In this document: one piece after another, positions 63,101-64,000 of the stretch
Layout of the letters: each line of letters starts with the position of its first letter
Numbering within the stretch: position 1 is the stretch's first letter
Source: Oikopleura dioica
Lineage: Eukaryota; Animalia; Chordata
Direction of reading: 5' to 3'
Assembly: GCA_907165135.1 (NCBI GenBank)
Contig: OU015567.1
Span: 10,044,001 to 10,108,000 of the forward strand
Length of the DNA: 64,000 nucleotides
Translations under genes and position numbers: made by a program
The notes under the pieces: generated by a model
What the model saw: only the letters and a program-made list of their open reading frames with translations
Told to the model about the DNA's origin: nothing
Databases searched by the model: none

Positions 63101-64000
63101 TCTCGACTCAAGCCCCACCAGGAAAAAGATGCTTTCTTATATCGATGACATAGTGTGTTTTGGGAAGACTTTCAGCTGCTATTACAACACTCTCCGAAAC
63201 CTATTCATCGCGCTCCGCAAGTTTAACGCTAAACTCAAGGGCGAAAAGTGCTCTTTCCTACAATCCGAAGCTCACTTTTTGGGCCGAATCATCAACGAAG
63301 ATGGAATCAAACCGGACCCTGCGCAAGTCTCCGCTCTTCGTCAGATGAAACCCCCACGCTCCCAAAAGGAGTTAGCTTCATTAATCGGGTCATTGAATTG
63401 GATCCGAGGTTTTCTAGAAACGAAAATGGGCGAAGCTATTTCATCCGGTTGCTTCTCGAGCAGAATGAAGCCCATAAACGATGTTCGAAATTCGGCGAAC
63501 GAAACAAATTGTTTCAAGTGGACCAAAGAAGCGGATTTGGCGCTCAAGGAAATTCAACGACGACTCTCCGAGACTCCAGTCATAAGTTTTCCTAACTTTG
63601 ACGAGTCTTTTCATCTCTACACAGACGCGAGCCTGTACGCAGCGGGTGGCGTCCTGCTACAAGAGTATGGCGGGAGAGTGCACCTAGTAAGCGCGATTTC
63701 CCACACCTTCAACAAAGCTGAAAGAAAATGGAACACTTCAGAAAAGGAAATGTTTAGCATTGTCTGGTGCTGCGAGCGACTGGAAAAGCTCCTGAAAGGT
63801 AGATTCTTTCAGATTCACACAGACCACCGATCTTTGATCTTCCTACACAAAAAGAAGTTCAAGAATTCTAAAATAAGCCGATGGCAAAGCCGATTGGAAG
63901 AATTCGATTTTCACATTGTCTACATCAAGGGATCAGAAAATCAATTCGCCGACTTTATGAGCCGCAGACCTGGCGAGGACGACAAATCACTTGGATACGA
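60133..64000 (+). mobile_element. Ty3/gypsy LTR retrotransposon (Tor-like), 5' part; left boundary uncertain
   Basis: PBS TGGTATCAGAG at 60427-60437 follows ..CTTCA (candidate LTR end). Candidate LTR starts are TGAAG at 60133 or TGTTACA at 59981. A gag-pol ORF follows. Confidence 0.9.
60942..64000 (+). CDS. Continuous gag-protease-RT-RNaseH polyprotein (open to window end)
   Basis: My manual translation from ATG 60942 has no stop for 1019 codons. It contains protease VDSGA and LLGRD, RT DLRSGYWQ, LPFGY and YIDD, and RNaseH TDASL and TDHRSL. Confidence 0.92.
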   Translation, partial: MAANKSLLETVTEIRSINDRVNYLEEQVRNDESLKPSLEPLITESRVKLEQLSTTLLTCELDQGKESTNATMREEAWVATTWSRHVQDLPKLDAACNTSFNTFLGRADIYHRAYVRDRPSREQPFIAAVYSHFDLNIERSLGTEFLNCQDWKSAKALLEKSFAAKSHYLLKLSEVFDVEYDHSKPFAHYTANVLQKMNEAKQATLNSYRQEKSADAGVDEIFDIFSTMMLYLNLRKEEPDVFNAILPSLSKVYDINELCRLAQSTRQNRVDSATVSQHFNRNKNKKKKNAKRASNDSKDGKDDKQPESKKINTTKNVEDFQPFDVHFYTVKKKRPGKAYFASATIITGSKSFDVSMEVDSGAESSCLSAAYVPDEFLQMLKPCPFKVTGFSPNIPAEQPMGILPCRLSFNGGPAFSLNLTIMPGSKYPSLLGRDILENAMTDSFTVDNKNRTLSFCYNEAFTQTETQVVKLDGVKRTKIKKYLTTRSAVKDSDRSRTQPPPKVPKLDAPNKNAARCPIQLAKQKLGITLPANADPGQKKVVAELCLEFDDRFGCDGQKMGEFPFEIEIPTDGTSRNISQHPIPQAFHGQVSDHISELLETKIIEEIKDQKGFNSPVLPIPKKSGEMRFCINYKNSLNKCLSDKSDPYHLPSMEDTIANIGPGNKFFATVDLRSGYWQCPVKKSDRYKTSFQWGGKSYAFCRLPFGYRCSGNIFSRVVNTILDSSPTRKKMLSYIDDIVCFGKTFSCYYNTLRNLFIALRKFNAKLKGEKCSFLQSEAHFLGRIINEDGIKPDPAQVSALRQMKPPRSQKELASLIGSLNWIRGFLETKMGEAISSGCFSSRMKPINDVRNSANETNCFKWTKEADLALKEIQRRLSETPVISFPNFDESFHLYTDASLYAAGGVLLQEYGGRVHLVSAISHTFNKAERKWNTSEKEMFSIVWCCERLEKLLKGRFFQIHTDHRSLIFLHKKKFKNSKISRWQSRLEEFDFHIVYIKGSENQFADFMSRRPGEDDKSLGY

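Noticed and set aside
1-64000. CRISPR arrays, tRNA, rRNA or canonical U snRNA genes
   Set aside because: I saw no repeat-spacer array, T-loop/cloverleaf, or U1/U2/U4/U5/U6/5S signature by eye; a tRNAscan/Infernal run would be decisive.

Overview
This is compact, AT-rich metazoan genomic DNA: many ~40-nt GT-AG introns, short intergenic gaps, runs of same-strand genes with acceptor-like sites just before the ATG, and a Ty3/gypsy element. These features point to a larvacean tunicate such as Oikopleura dioica (inference). Recognisable genes: TAO kinase (3' part), an IFI6/IFI27-family gene, a TauE/SafE-type transporter, a K2P channel, BCAS3, calcineurin A, Rab33, EPS8, SYNJ2BP plus a second tail-anchored PDZ gene, a CYB561D-like gene and ACO1/IRP1. 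Mobile DNA: an open gag-pol LTR retrotransposon running off the right end, and a complete, very young 1.43-kb non-autonomous LTR element at 19460-20893. Most unusual items: (1) two tandem ~100-nt non-coding units at 24.5-24.8 kb that fold like Sm-class snRNAs/SL RNAs with compensatory changes; (2) a ~2000-aa protein made of ankyrin repeats, a novel 'NPxxWW' repeat array and a pseudokinase, set head-to-head with the IFI27-like gene; (3) three paralogous secreted proteins with a furin site, predicted two-chain structure and differing intron content; (4) a mucin-like protein with a stand-alone ITIH C-terminal (DPH) domain; (5) a K2P channel with Lys in its second selectivity filter. Exon boundaries were read by eye, and a few junctions need indels or unusual introns. 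No database searches were run.
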